DNA from: Bacillota bacterium
Lineage (GTDB): Bacteria; Bacillota; Clostridia; Acetivibrionales; DSM-1351
Direction of reading: 5' to 3'
Assembly: GCA_023436485.1 (NCBI GenBank)
Contig: JAEZIU010000142.1
Coordinates: 5,387-69,386 of the forward strand
DNA: 64,000 bases
Under the pieces are notes generated by a model, which was given only the letters and a program-made list of their open reading frames with translations, ran no database searches and was not told where the DNA came from. The position numbers and the translations under genes are program-made. Shown here piece by piece: positions 1-8,923 of this stretch. Position 1 is the first letter of the stretch; every line of letters begins with the position of its first letter.

Positions 1-1267
1 CACCTAATTTTTGTGGATTTGATCTGGTTGTGCCCGGTAGAGTATGAAAGAGGCCCGTGTTCGCACTTCTGAAAAACCTCTCAATAGATCCTTTCCATTG
101 AGGTACCTTTGGCGGACAAAATTGAAGTTCAAATCCTATTTGATAACTGGCATCAATCATTGCTTTATTCTTAAACTCTAAGCCATTATCAATAACGATT
201 GTCTTTGGTAAACCAAAGGCATTCCAATCATTTAATATAAATGGGTATGCTTCCTTAACGAAGGATTTATGGGTTAATATATGACGGATACATTCCATTA
301 CCTCAGTCCAACCTACACCGTTACTCATGCCAATACTGAATCCTAGAGGGTATCTGGTTAACTTATCTATTGCCATTACGAAATATGGTCTGCCTATAAC
401 TTCACCCATTTCGTCTACAATTATGACATCAACGGGGGTATGGTCGATTTCTACTCTTTCCATAGGATACGTTACTTTGACGCCATCGCCAACAGGATTG
501 AATAATCTTTCAGCAATTCTTTTGCCGACTCTTCCGGCAACTAACTCATATTCAGGTATCTTATTTACATATCTTGAAAATGAAGATAAAGGTGGACAGA
601 TTAAATTATCGTTAGAATACTGGTTATGATCATAGATTTTTTCCATGACAATTGAGCGAAGGTCTTTTATTGTTATTCTAGTCTGCTTCAAGTAGGCCGA
701 TTTAATTGACTCACTTATAAAGTTCATAATAATTGGCGAAATTCTGGCCCTATCTTTTCCTCCGCATGCTTGGTAACTAGGAACAAGAGAACGAAAATCA
801 CCGTTTGACTCATTATAGGATTTAATCCACCTATACAAACTGGGCTTGCTTACGTTATATATTTTTTTAAAGGGTGATTTATTTAATAGGTTGGGATTGT
901 TTTTCCAATCCTTAACTTCCGCTACACGAGCATCAACCATCGCCATAGTTTTATAACCGTTTATAAGCGGTTTTATAACTTCGTATCTAAAAATAGCCTC
1001 ATCTCTATGAGCCAAATCATCTATATCGTCAAACGTATAAGAAGTATTGATTTTATCAGTTGATTTTATTGTATTCTTGCCAGAAACTTCAAAATGAAGT
1101 AAACCGATGCTTAAGTAAGAGTAAATTTCATTATTGGTGAATATCTTTGTATCACCGAAGTCTTCATCAATTACTTCGATGGTTGAATGGGGTAATTGCT
1201 TAATTATTTTGTAAGTATTATTTTGCAATTTGAATCTAGTGCCAACAATTAATTTAACCCCATGCAT
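1..1267 (-). CDS. tnsB: TnsB-like DDE transposase (partial; runs off window; not in ORF track)
   Basis: Manual minus-strand translation from ATG at 1267 (upstream GAGGT RBS): MHGVKLIVGTRF... ERVEIDHTPVD... GRPYFVMAIDKLTR... IVIDNGLEF... WKGSIERFF, the Mu/TnsB/TniA DDE motifs; lies directly downstream of tnsA. Confidence 0.9.
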   Translation of the reverse strand, partial: MHGVKLIVGTRFKLQNNTYKIIKQLPHSTIEVIDEDFGDTKIFTNNEIYSYLSIGLLHFEVSGKNTIKSTDKINTSYTFDDIDDLAHRDEAIFRYEVIKPLINGYKTMAMVDARVAEVKDWKNNPNLLNKSPFKKIYNVSKPSLYRWIKSYNESNGDFRSLVPSYQACGGKDRARISPIIMNFISESIKSAYLKQTRITIKDLRSIVMEKIYDHNQYSNDNLICPPLSSFSRYVNKIPEYELVAGRVGKRIAERLFNPVGDGVKVTYPMERVEIDHTPVDVIIVDEMGEVIGRPYFVMAIDKLTRYPLGFSIGMSNGVGWTEVMECIRHILTHKSFVKEAYPFILNDWNAFGLPKTIVIDNGLEFKNKAMIDASYQIGFELQFCPPKVPQWKGSIERFFRSANTGLFHTLPGTTRSNPQKLG

Positions 1268-1289
1268 CTAATTCACCAACCTCTCAAAT

Positions 1290-1934
1290 TTATTGTAAAA
1301 TTAAGCTTGATTTACTAATAGGATTTTCCATATTTGTTTTTATATACTTAGAATATAATAAAGCCAAGATATATTGATAGTTAGTTAAATTTGCAATTTC
1401 ATCTTGAGTTTTAAGGCATAATAAAAGTTGAGAAATGCTCATTGCACCATTTTCAATCAGTAAATTTCTTATACTTAATTTTACTGATGCAGGAACATTA
1501 ACTCTTGAGTATCCAAAAAGAAACTTGATATTTTTTATTAATCTTCCTGAGTATATCTCTTTATCGGTCAGTATTCTAAATTTCATATCATTTGCTATAC
1601 AGTATTTGTTTGCAGCAATATATTTTGCATACTTAGTTTCGTTTTCTTTAATTTTGTCCCAGGTAGTTTGTGGCTTAACTTCGAATACTACTACTTTGCC
1701 AGATTCATAATTTACTTGGAAATCTGGGGTATAGTTATAAGCTTTATTTTGGATATGATATGTGATTTTAAAGGGTTGTTCAGAATAAGAGCTAATTGCA
1801 TCATCAAATTCGAAAAGATAAATGCAATCTCTCTCCAACAAAGATTCATATGCAATTGGTCTTTCGTTTTTCAAACTGGGTACATACCCTGTGTTCTTTC
1901 GTGAACCAGAATTTGTTATCTTTCGTACAGGCAT
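1290..1934 (-). CDS. tnsA: TnsA endonuclease (short type)
   Basis: YESLLERD / YTPDF / EVKP PD-(D/E)xK motifs; likely start ATG 1934 (MPVRKI) after AAGAAGG, rather than 2024. Confidence 0.85.
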   Translation of the reverse strand: MPVRKITNSGSRKNTGYVPSLKNERPIAYESLLERDCIYLFEFDDAISSYSEQPFKITYHIQNKAYNYTPDFQVNYESGKVVVFEVKPQTTWDKIKENETKYAKYIAANKYCIANDMKFRILTDKEIYSGRLIKNIKFLFGYSRVNVPASVKLSIRNLLIENGAMSISQLLLCLKTQDEIANLTNYQYILALLYSKYIKTNMENPISKSSLILQ

Positions 1935-1956
1935 TGTTGTAAACCTTCTTTGATAA

Positions 1957-2172
1957 TTATTTATTAATTTTATAATACTTCTCACGTAATATGACCTGTT
2001 GTTCTTTTCGCTCCAATATATCATTAATCAGAAAAAGATTCTTTTTTATAGGAGTCAGTTTTCCGGTCTTGACCAACTGGCTGAGCCTTGCCCTACTGAT
2101 TCCAAGTAACTCGGTTACTTCTCTTGATGTAACAACGCTATTCTTTATTTCTTCTACATTAACAGAATACAT
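1957..2172 (-). CDS. Small excisionase/MerR-like HTH DNA-binding protein
   Basis: VTSREVTELLGISRARLSQLVKTGKL HTH pattern; ATG 2172 with AAGGGG RBS; first gene of the HTH-tnsA-tnsB run. Confidence 0.75.
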   Translation of the reverse strand: MYSVNVEEIKNSVVTSREVTELLGISRARLSQLVKTGKLTPIKKNLFLINDILERKEQQVILREKYYKINK

Positions 2173-2206
2173 ATATCCCCTTAAAAGTCCCATTTTTTAC
2201 ATAATA

Positions 2207-2242
2207 ATACTAACAAATCTATTAACATTTGTAAATAGATTT
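2207..2242 (-). promoter_or_regulatory. Putative sigma-A promoter for HTH-tnsA-tnsB, overlapped by a 28-bp palindrome (candidate operator)
   Basis: Minus strand TTTACA(2235-2230)-N17-TAGTAT(2212-2207) with TG extension; palindrome AAATCTATTAACATTTGTAAATAGATTT at 2215-2242. Confidence 0.5.
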
Positions 2243-2245
2243 TGC

Positions 2246-4027
2246 TTAAACTGATTGGTTTTTTAATAAGTTTGATATTTTTCTTGTAACCTCGGGCATT
2301 GTACGAACGATTACGGTTCTTTTCTTTCCAAGGTGAAGATATAATTGATCACTATAAACATGGATGCCAGAGAGGTTTTGTTGTAAGATGTACTTTTTTG
2401 AAGAATCTATATACAAATTTGATTGATTCTTTCGAATTATTCCAGATTGTACGGTCTTTGCTTTTTGTATTTTATCAAGTAGCCCCCAGTTTCTGAGAGT
2501 TTCCGGACAAGTATTTAAAATACTACAGATACTCTTAACGGTAATCAAACTATTCTTTTCAACCAAATATTTGATAGCATGATCCAATTCACTGCATAAA
2601 TTGTTTTCATTTTTGGTTTTATCAGGTCTTAATATATGTCTATTTATATATGCAATTCGGATTTGTGGTAAAAACCAATAGTACAAAAAAGAATTATGGC
2701 TTAAGTCCAAAGAAGCTCTTATTTTTTTACTTCCCCATCCTAAATTAATTAATTCAATTATTTTTTCATCTATGCCAACGTCATGTTCCTTGGGTAATTC
2801 TATTTGCAGATTTTGCCTGTTAATTAATGAATTAGCTGATAAAAAGATAATGCACCTTTTAATTTTATCTTCAGTAGTGCTGAATAATGTAGCAAGCTTA
2901 TCCAAGGATAAACCTGAATCTAAAGAATTTTTAATTTTGTCCCATGCAAGACTTATAAAGTAGCCCCGTTCTTTCAGTTCTTTGGTTGTATTATCTATAG
3001 CATATTCAATACCGCAGCAGGGGCAGTACATGTAATAACCTAGAGTTTGACCGGATGACAGGTGCTTAACAGATGTAGTAGTTCTCTTCAAATTACCGGC
3101 TTTTAAATAATTTTTACACCAAGGTGCTATACAATGATAGTTATTCTTGAGTAAAACAGGCCTCATAAAAATATTATCTATAAAATCGTTAGGGATTTGG
3201 CAAGTAAAGAAATCCTCTAATGACATGTTGTTTTTCCTTGCAAAATATAGGATGTTTTTTAAGTGTATAAATGTTTGGGTAGATTTAGTTTCCCTTGCTA
3301 CTTGATAGTTGCCTTTTAGTGTAATTATTTCATTTTCAGATAAATCGCTGTTTTTACAGGCGAGCAAGATCCGAAGGGCCAAGTTTTGCTGGGCTGAAAG
3401 ACCGTTGATATCAACTATTGGTGGCTTCAATATATCAAGGAGAAACGACCAATCAGTAAATACTCTATAATCAAAATCATTTGGTATATAATGCTTACTA
3501 TAGCATTTATTCAATTCAAAATTACAATTGGGACACATTCCTAAGTCACTATTGCTAGGTAGAGTCGGTATAAGCGTACTGCAATTCGGACATTTACACT
3601 CCAATTTAACATTATGCTCAGGACAAAAACTTAATTCTTTAACCTGCCATATCAGCTTATACAAGTTCTTTTTCTTAAGGCATTCCGGACAAAACCTTCT
3701 ATGTTCCGATATTAATCCGCTCAGACATCTGGTTGATGGCATTATTTCTCTTGATATGCTCATTTTTTCGAATAGAGGTATAAAGGTAAGTGATTCTAAC
3801 ACTTGAGTATCACTTAAAAGCATTTGCCCAAGTTTCTTCATATCGATAAGGTTAATTGGGCAAACATCTATGGCAGAAGACTTAGAAGATTGTGGGTAGT
3901 GAACTCCTTTTCGAGATAATAATCTCCATAATTCATGAGCCGAGACAAAATTTGCTTTTGAAACTCTATGAATATAACTTGACAGAGATTCTCCTTCTAA
4001 TAGTTGCGGTCTAAATAATAATGGCAA
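2246..4027 (-). CDS. tniQ: TniQ/TnsD-family target-selection protein
   Basis: N-terminal PxxxEGESLSSYIHR; FCPECL...CPEH...CPNC...CPNC zinc motifs; long C-terminal region with HTH-like segments (TnsD-sized, 593 aa). Confidence 0.85.
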   Translation of the reverse strand: MPLLFRPQLLEGESLSSYIHRVSKANFVSAHELWRLLSRKGVHYPQSSKSSAIDVCPINLIDMKKLGQMLLSDTQVLESLTFIPLFEKMSISREIMPSTRCLSGLISEHRRFCPECLKKKNLYKLIWQVKELSFCPEHNVKLECKCPNCSTLIPTLPSNSDLGMCPNCNFELNKCYSKHYIPNDFDYRVFTDWSFLLDILKPPIVDINGLSAQQNLALRILLACKNSDLSENEIITLKGNYQVARETKSTQTFIHLKNILYFARKNNMSLEDFFTCQIPNDFIDNIFMRPVLLKNNYHCIAPWCKNYLKAGNLKRTTTSVKHLSSGQTLGYYMYCPCCGIEYAIDNTTKELKERGYFISLAWDKIKNSLDSGLSLDKLATLFSTTEDKIKRCIIFLSANSLINRQNLQIELPKEHDVGIDEKIIELINLGWGSKKIRASLDLSHNSFLYYWFLPQIRIAYINRHILRPDKTKNENNLCSELDHAIKYLVEKNSLITVKSICSILNTCPETLRNWGLLDKIQKAKTVQSGIIRKNQSNLYIDSSKKYILQQNLSGIHVYSDQLYLHLGKKRTVIVRTMPEVTRKISNLLKNQSV

Positions 4028-4058
4028 TACTTTTCACCTCTAATAAAGAGTATTGCCA
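4022..4058 (-). promoter_or_regulatory. Hairpin covering RBS and TTG start of tniQ/tnsD
   Basis: Perfect 10-bp inverted repeat TGGCAATACT (4022-4031) / AGTATTGCCA (4049-4058); it encloses the GAGGTG RBS and includes the start codon. Confidence 0.45.
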
Positions 4059-4316
4059 CTCTAAATTAAAATTAGGTAAATAGTTATGCTTCTAAAAGTA
4101 TACAATTATTTGCTTCTATTTGAGCATTATTCTGTCTAATAAAATAATTGAAAAGGTATTCTTTGAAAGAATATGTTAATTTATGAGATATATTACAAAA
4201 TATATAGAAATATGGTAAAATGGGGATGGATATATATAATAGGCACTTTAGCTATAATGGAAAACGTGTAAGATAGTTTTCGATTGGTGTAGCTATATGT
4301 TAGGGGGTATAAAGAA

Positions 4317-5051
4317 TTGAGCGTTGATACATTTGAATTAGATTATATTATAAGAACTATTCCTAATTATTACAATCGAGTTGATATAAAAAGTATAGGG
4401 AGAAAATTAGGAATTAATGAAAGTGATTATTACGTAGAATCTTTACCTCTTTTAAATGTAAGTGAGAATCTTGTTAATAGAATTAGGCAACTTACAAAAT
4501 GTGAAGAACTGAAAGACATTATCAGTGCAGATCCCGTTCTTAAAAGACCTGATTTTTTTAGTAATTTTGCTTGTGATTACTATACAAAAGATAGTTTAAA
4601 CAATATTAAGGCAGAGAGTTTTGGAAAGTTTTTTACTGCTTTACTAGGGAATCTTGATAATTTGGAAGAAAAAGATTTTGAAGAAAGTGAGCTTATTCCA
4701 CCTATAGAATTTGAAGATAAGATGAGAGAAAAAGCAAAATTGAATGAGGATATTGTTAGATCAGGTCTAGTTATTAAAAATGATATTGTGTCTTTAAGAA
4801 AACGTGCCAATGCACTAGATTATAAACAATATGAGATACTATTACAGAGGATTGGTAGGATATATAGAAACACTATTTGTAATATATATCCAGAGGATAC
4901 TGTAGTTTCTAGTAAAAGGTTTAGAAAACTATATATACTTATACAAGAAAATATCCCATCTGATATTAAGGAAAATTGTGAAGACCTAGATATATACATT
5001 GAAGGTTTAATCTATGATACTATAGCTCACTGTTTAATTTTTAACCAATAG
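4317..5051 (+). CDS. ABC-three-component/Lamassu LmuA-like subunit: N-terminal helical adaptor domain plus CTD, no recognisable catalytic domain
   Basis: First gene of the canonical three-gene order; C-terminal K..KLN... and GLIYDTIAHCLIF resemble ABC-3C CTDs; residues 11-77 align with the N-terminus of the 7468 protein. Confidence 0.6.
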   Translation: MSVDTFELDYIIRTIPNYYNRVDIKSIGRKLGINESDYYVESLPLLNVSENLVNRIRQLTKCEELKDIISADPVLKRPDFFSNFACDYYTKDSLNNIKAESFGKFFTALLGNLDNLEEKDFEESELIPPIEFEDKMREKAKLNEDIVRSGLVIKNDIVSLRKRANALDYKQYEILLQRIGRIYRNTICNIYPEDTVVSSKRFRKLYILIQENIPSDIKENCEDLDIYIEGLIYDTIAHCLIFNQ

Positions 5052-5061
5052 GAGTAAAACT

Positions 5062-5541
5062 ATGGATAACCGTTTTTTTGACATAGATAGTAATGTTTAT
5101 TTAAATAGTATATATATATTGTGTTCTATATATAAATCGGATAGAACTTTAAGTATTAAAGATATACTATTTTCATTATATTTAATAAAAAGCCCAAGTA
5201 TTTCTTTGGCCTTATTAGATGGTAAAAGTAAGCTTTCATTCAAGAAGAAATTACACGCCTATGATTTTAATAATATTCAAAGTGAGATGATTAAATATAC
5301 TTCTAAGATTTTTACGGATGGGCTTTATGAATCATTATCTTTTTTATTTGGAAAAAATCTTATTACATATGACATTAATTCCTCGCTTGTATATAAATCA
5401 GAGAACTTTGATAAGCTTAATTTTAAAAGGTTTCCAAAAGACTTAATATATAAGGCCGATTATGCAAATAAAATCATTAGAAATTACTCTCAAATAGAAC
5501 TGGAATCAAAAATTAATAACTTATGGAAGGTGTTGCTATGA
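5062..5541 (+). CDS. ABC-3C middle component (LmuC-like)
   Basis: 159 aa; sits between the CTD gene and the SMC-like ATPase; stop overlaps the next start (ATGA). Confidence 0.6.
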   Translation: MDNRFFDIDSNVYLNSIYILCSIYKSDRTLSIKDILFSLYLIKSPSISLALLDGKSKLSFKKKLHAYDFNNIQSEMIKYTSKIFTDGLYESLSFLFGKNLITYDINSSLVYKSENFDKLNFKRFPKDLIYKADYANKIIRNYSQIELESKINNLWKVLL

Positions 5542-7490
5542 ATAATCCTTTGTATATCAATAGAATTCTTGTACATCCTAAAATGGGAAGATGTGACGTT
5601 ACTTTTAGACAAGGCCTTAACGTTATTTTATCTGAAGATGTCCTTAATATTTCTGAAGAAATAACTGATCAAAATGATAAGAATTTAAATGAAAATAAAT
5701 CAATGGACTTAAGAAATAGTACAGGAAAAACAACATTCATCCATCTTGTTGAATACGCATTTGGAAAGGATTCATTTATAGATAATGAATATGAGGAGAA
5801 TAGAAATTTATTTCAAGGTACATATGTGATAGCTGAATTTAGTGTGAATGGAAATAGGTATACTGTTAGTCGAAGCATACTTGATAACGATATTGTTATT
5901 TTATATAAAGATTGGGTAGCTGAATCGTTAATTGATGGCAAGAACAATCAAAAGATCCATTCAAAAACTGACCTTGAAGGATACATAAGTTTTTTTGAAT
6001 GGGAGATTTATCATGGAACCAACTATTTTAAAGATACACAAATAGTTGGTTATAGAGCTATCATGAATTTTATAATTCGAGACCAGTTTTTTGGGTTTAC
6101 CAACTATTATTCAGGGTTAAAAATGGAACAAGCTGAATTTAGTAGAACAAGATTAGACTTTTTGTTTGGATTAACTACTCCTGAGAAACTTTCTCTTAAA
6201 GATGAAATTTCTAAACTTACATCAGATAAGAAATTATTAAGCAATGAATATACTGTTTTAAATAAGTATCTTTTACAAATATTGAAGAATACGCCTGCTT
6301 CAATTAAAAAAGAAATAAAAAAAAATGAAAGAAGTATTAATAAACTAAAGATTGAGCTTGAGAAATATAATGATGAAGTTATGACCTCTGAAACAATAAT
6401 GGATAATGAAAAAAGTATTAAAAGCAATTTAGAATCCCAAAGTAAAATGGTTTTAAACGATATTACAGCAATTAAATCTAGGATAAAAAATTATAGTAGT
6501 ACTTTAAATGAAATTGACAACGAATTAAGCAAATTGAATCATATAAGTGTTTCAATGAGTATGCTAAATCCATTTCAGTACATGAAATGTCCTGTTTTTA
6601 TGGAGGATATTAATTTTAAATCTAACGCTAACCATGTATGCCCACTTATAGAAAGTGATGAAGAAAAAAATAAAAATAATGAAATTATAGAGGCGAGAAA
6701 GAAACTTTTAGAGTATGAAAAAAAAGATTTACAAAGGGCATTAGTATACCTTGACAAGCAATTAATTGCATCAACTACTAGTTATAGCCTCTTAATAAAA
6801 GATATACATGATGTGAATCTAAAAATTGAGAGTAAAGAAAAAAAAGTTATAATAATGCGTGATTACTTGAGGGATCAAATTAAAGAGCTGGAATACGAAA
6901 ATAAAACATTTGAACATCAAATTTCTCAATATTTATATCTAGATAATTTGAAGAAAGAAAAAAATGCTAAGAGTAATGATATAAAAATTAAAAAAGCTGA
7001 ATTGAGTAAATCAAGTAGTAGTATAGATAGAATCATAGAAATATATAATGAGATTATTGAGTTTTTAAGCAGAAATTCCCGTGAAGGTACTATAGATAGT
7101 AAATCTTTTGAACCATCAATACTGTTTAAAAATAATCAAAAAGATACAGGTGCTGGTATGAAAAGCATTGCAATTATAGCTTTTGATTTGACTATGTTAA
7201 CACTTTCATTAGAGGGTAAATCTCAAAATAAATATCTACCATATATGGACTTCTTAGTACATGATTCTCCTAAAAGAAACGACATAGATTTGGACATGTA
7301 TAAAAAGGTTTTTGACTATGTGATAACGTTAGAAGAAACATATCTACCTTTAGGTACGGGATTCCAGTACATTATAACTACATTGGATACATCTAAAAAA
7401 GTCTTAGATAATAAAGATAAATATGTAAGACTAACATTAGATAATTCAGGAGATGGGGGCAAATTATTTGGAACTACAATTAACATCTAA
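5538..7490 (+). CDS. SMC/Rad50-like ABC ATPase (LmuB/DUF2326-like)
   Basis: Walker A RNSTGKTT, long coiled coil with central Cys (KCPVF...HVCP), signature GAGMKS, Walker B LVHDSP, FQYIIT, C-terminal KLFG. Confidence 0.8.
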   Translation: MNNPLYINRILVHPKMGRCDVTFRQGLNVILSEDVLNISEEITDQNDKNLNENKSMDLRNSTGKTTFIHLVEYAFGKDSFIDNEYEENRNLFQGTYVIAEFSVNGNRYTVSRSILDNDIVILYKDWVAESLIDGKNNQKIHSKTDLEGYISFFEWEIYHGTNYFKDTQIVGYRAIMNFIIRDQFFGFTNYYSGLKMEQAEFSRTRLDFLFGLTTPEKLSLKDEISKLTSDKKLLSNEYTVLNKYLLQILKNTPASIKKEIKKNERSINKLKIELEKYNDEVMTSETIMDNEKSIKSNLESQSKMVLNDITAIKSRIKNYSSTLNEIDNELSKLNHISVSMSMLNPFQYMKCPVFMEDINFKSNANHVCPLIESDEEKNKNNEIIEARKKLLEYEKKDLQRALVYLDKQLIASTTSYSLLIKDIHDVNLKIESKEKKVIIMRDYLRDQIKELEYENKTFEHQISQYLYLDNLKKEKNAKSNDIKIKKAELSKSSSSIDRIIEIYNEIIEFLSRNSREGTIDSKSFEPSILFKNNQKDTGAGMKSIAIIAFDLTMLTLSLEGKSQNKYLPYMDFLVHDSPKRNDIDLDMYKKVFDYVITLEETYLPLGTGFQYIITTLDTSKKVLDNKDKYVRLTLDNSGDGGKLFGTTINI

Positions 7491-8730
7491 AACCAAGCAG
7501 AGATTAATTGACTGCATAACAAAATATTATTCTTCTTTTGATATTCGTAGTATCGGTAGAATGTTAGAAATTGATGAAACGGAGTATTTTAGCCCAATGA
7601 TGCCTAATAAAGTTCTTGCGGATGAGTTTATTACTAGAGTATTTCAATTATCAAAGCAAGCTGATATGTTGGACATTATTAAAAACCACTCAACACTAAA
7701 TCGTAAACAGATAATAAATGATTTAAATATAGTTGATGAAGTGTTTACTAATAAGACCGATGATAAAACCAATATAAGAAACATTATACACTTATCTGAT
7801 ATTCACTTGGGAACACTTGAAGATTCACAAAGGTATAGATTACAGTTAAATACAGACCTTGCGTTAGCCTTAAATATAGAGAAAATTGACTTCTTAGTAC
7901 TTTCCGGAGATATATCGCATCGTGCTACCGAAGAACAATATAATGCAGCAGTACTGTTAGTTGAAAGCATTATATTAAAATTTAATATAGATAGAAATAA
8001 GATAATAATAGTGCCAGGAAATCATGACGTAAACTGGGATATATCTAAAAAATCTGCCATTTCGTCAAGTGAAGATAGTGTACTTTTCGATGAGGAAATC
8101 TATAAATTAAGATTTGATAACTTTAATAAATATTTTTACAAAAAAATTTGTAAGAAAACCTATCCCCAAATTTATAGTAAACAAGGATTGTTATATGAAT
8201 ATGAAAAAGAAAAAATCATTATTTTAGGACTTAATTCAGCTTGGCAGATAGATCATATAAATAAATATCGTTCATCAATTTACATAAATTCCCTTGATGA
8301 TCCTCTTGATAAGACCATGGACAAAAATTATAATGATTGGCTTAAGATTGCAGTGTTTCATCACCCGGTAAAAGGTAAAGAGTCAATGAATGATGAATTT
8401 TTACAGCTTCTAATAAGGCATAATTTTAAAGTATGTATGCATGGACATATTCATGAAGCAAAGTATGACTTTTGCTCATATGGAAATGACAAGGAAATCG
8501 CTATTATAGGTGCAGGAACATTTGGTGCTCCAGATGAGGAACATGTATTGGGTGTACCTCTTCAATACAATTTTATAAATTTAGGGGTAGATAACAAAAA
8601 AATTAGAGTTATTACTAGAAGGAAAGAAAACACTGATGGTGCCTGGGAAGCTGATGCTCGGTGGGGAAATAAAGATAAACCGGTTGCTTTTTATGATATC
8701 GATATATCTAAATTACATAAATCCAAATAA
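7468..8730 (+). CDS. Calcineurin-like metallophosphoesterase with N-terminal helical adaptor domain
   Basis: HLSDIH, LSGD, PGNHD, FHHP, HGHIH motifs; overlaps the ATPase stop; likely TTG start 7468 (alternative ATG 7453). Confidence 0.85.
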   Translation: MELQLTSKTKQRLIDCITKYYSSFDIRSIGRMLEIDETEYFSPMMPNKVLADEFITRVFQLSKQADMLDIIKNHSTLNRKQIINDLNIVDEVFTNKTDDKTNIRNIIHLSDIHLGTLEDSQRYRLQLNTDLALALNIEKIDFLVLSGDISHRATEEQYNAAVLLVESIILKFNIDRNKIIIVPGNHDVNWDISKKSAISSSEDSVLFDEEIYKLRFDNFNKYFYKKICKKTYPQIYSKQGLLYEYEKEKIIILGLNSAWQIDHINKYRSSIYINSLDDPLDKTMDKNYNDWLKIAVFHHPVKGKESMNDEFLQLLIRHNFKVCMHGHIHEAKYDFCSYGNDKEIAIIGAGTFGAPDEEHVLGVPLQYNFINLGVDNKKIRVITRRKENTDGAWEADARWGNKDKPVAFYDIDISKLHKSK

Positions 8731-8923
8731 CTCAGTAATTTAATAGTGAAAACTTATTATAGTTTATAACGTATTACAATAGTGTAAAAATAAGCTGTTA
8801 TTATATTTAAAGCAGGAAGAAACAAAAATATATATGAGCCATATAATCAACCATACAGGATTTCAATGAGCTAAATATTTAAGTGGTATTTAATAAATTT
8901 AATAATATTAAAGGGTGAAAATT

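Noticed and set aside
327..629. Plus-strand 100-aa ORF, and the many short antisense or out-of-frame ORFs inside tns and PKS/NRPS genes
   Set aside because: Shadow ORFs overlapping well-supported long genes
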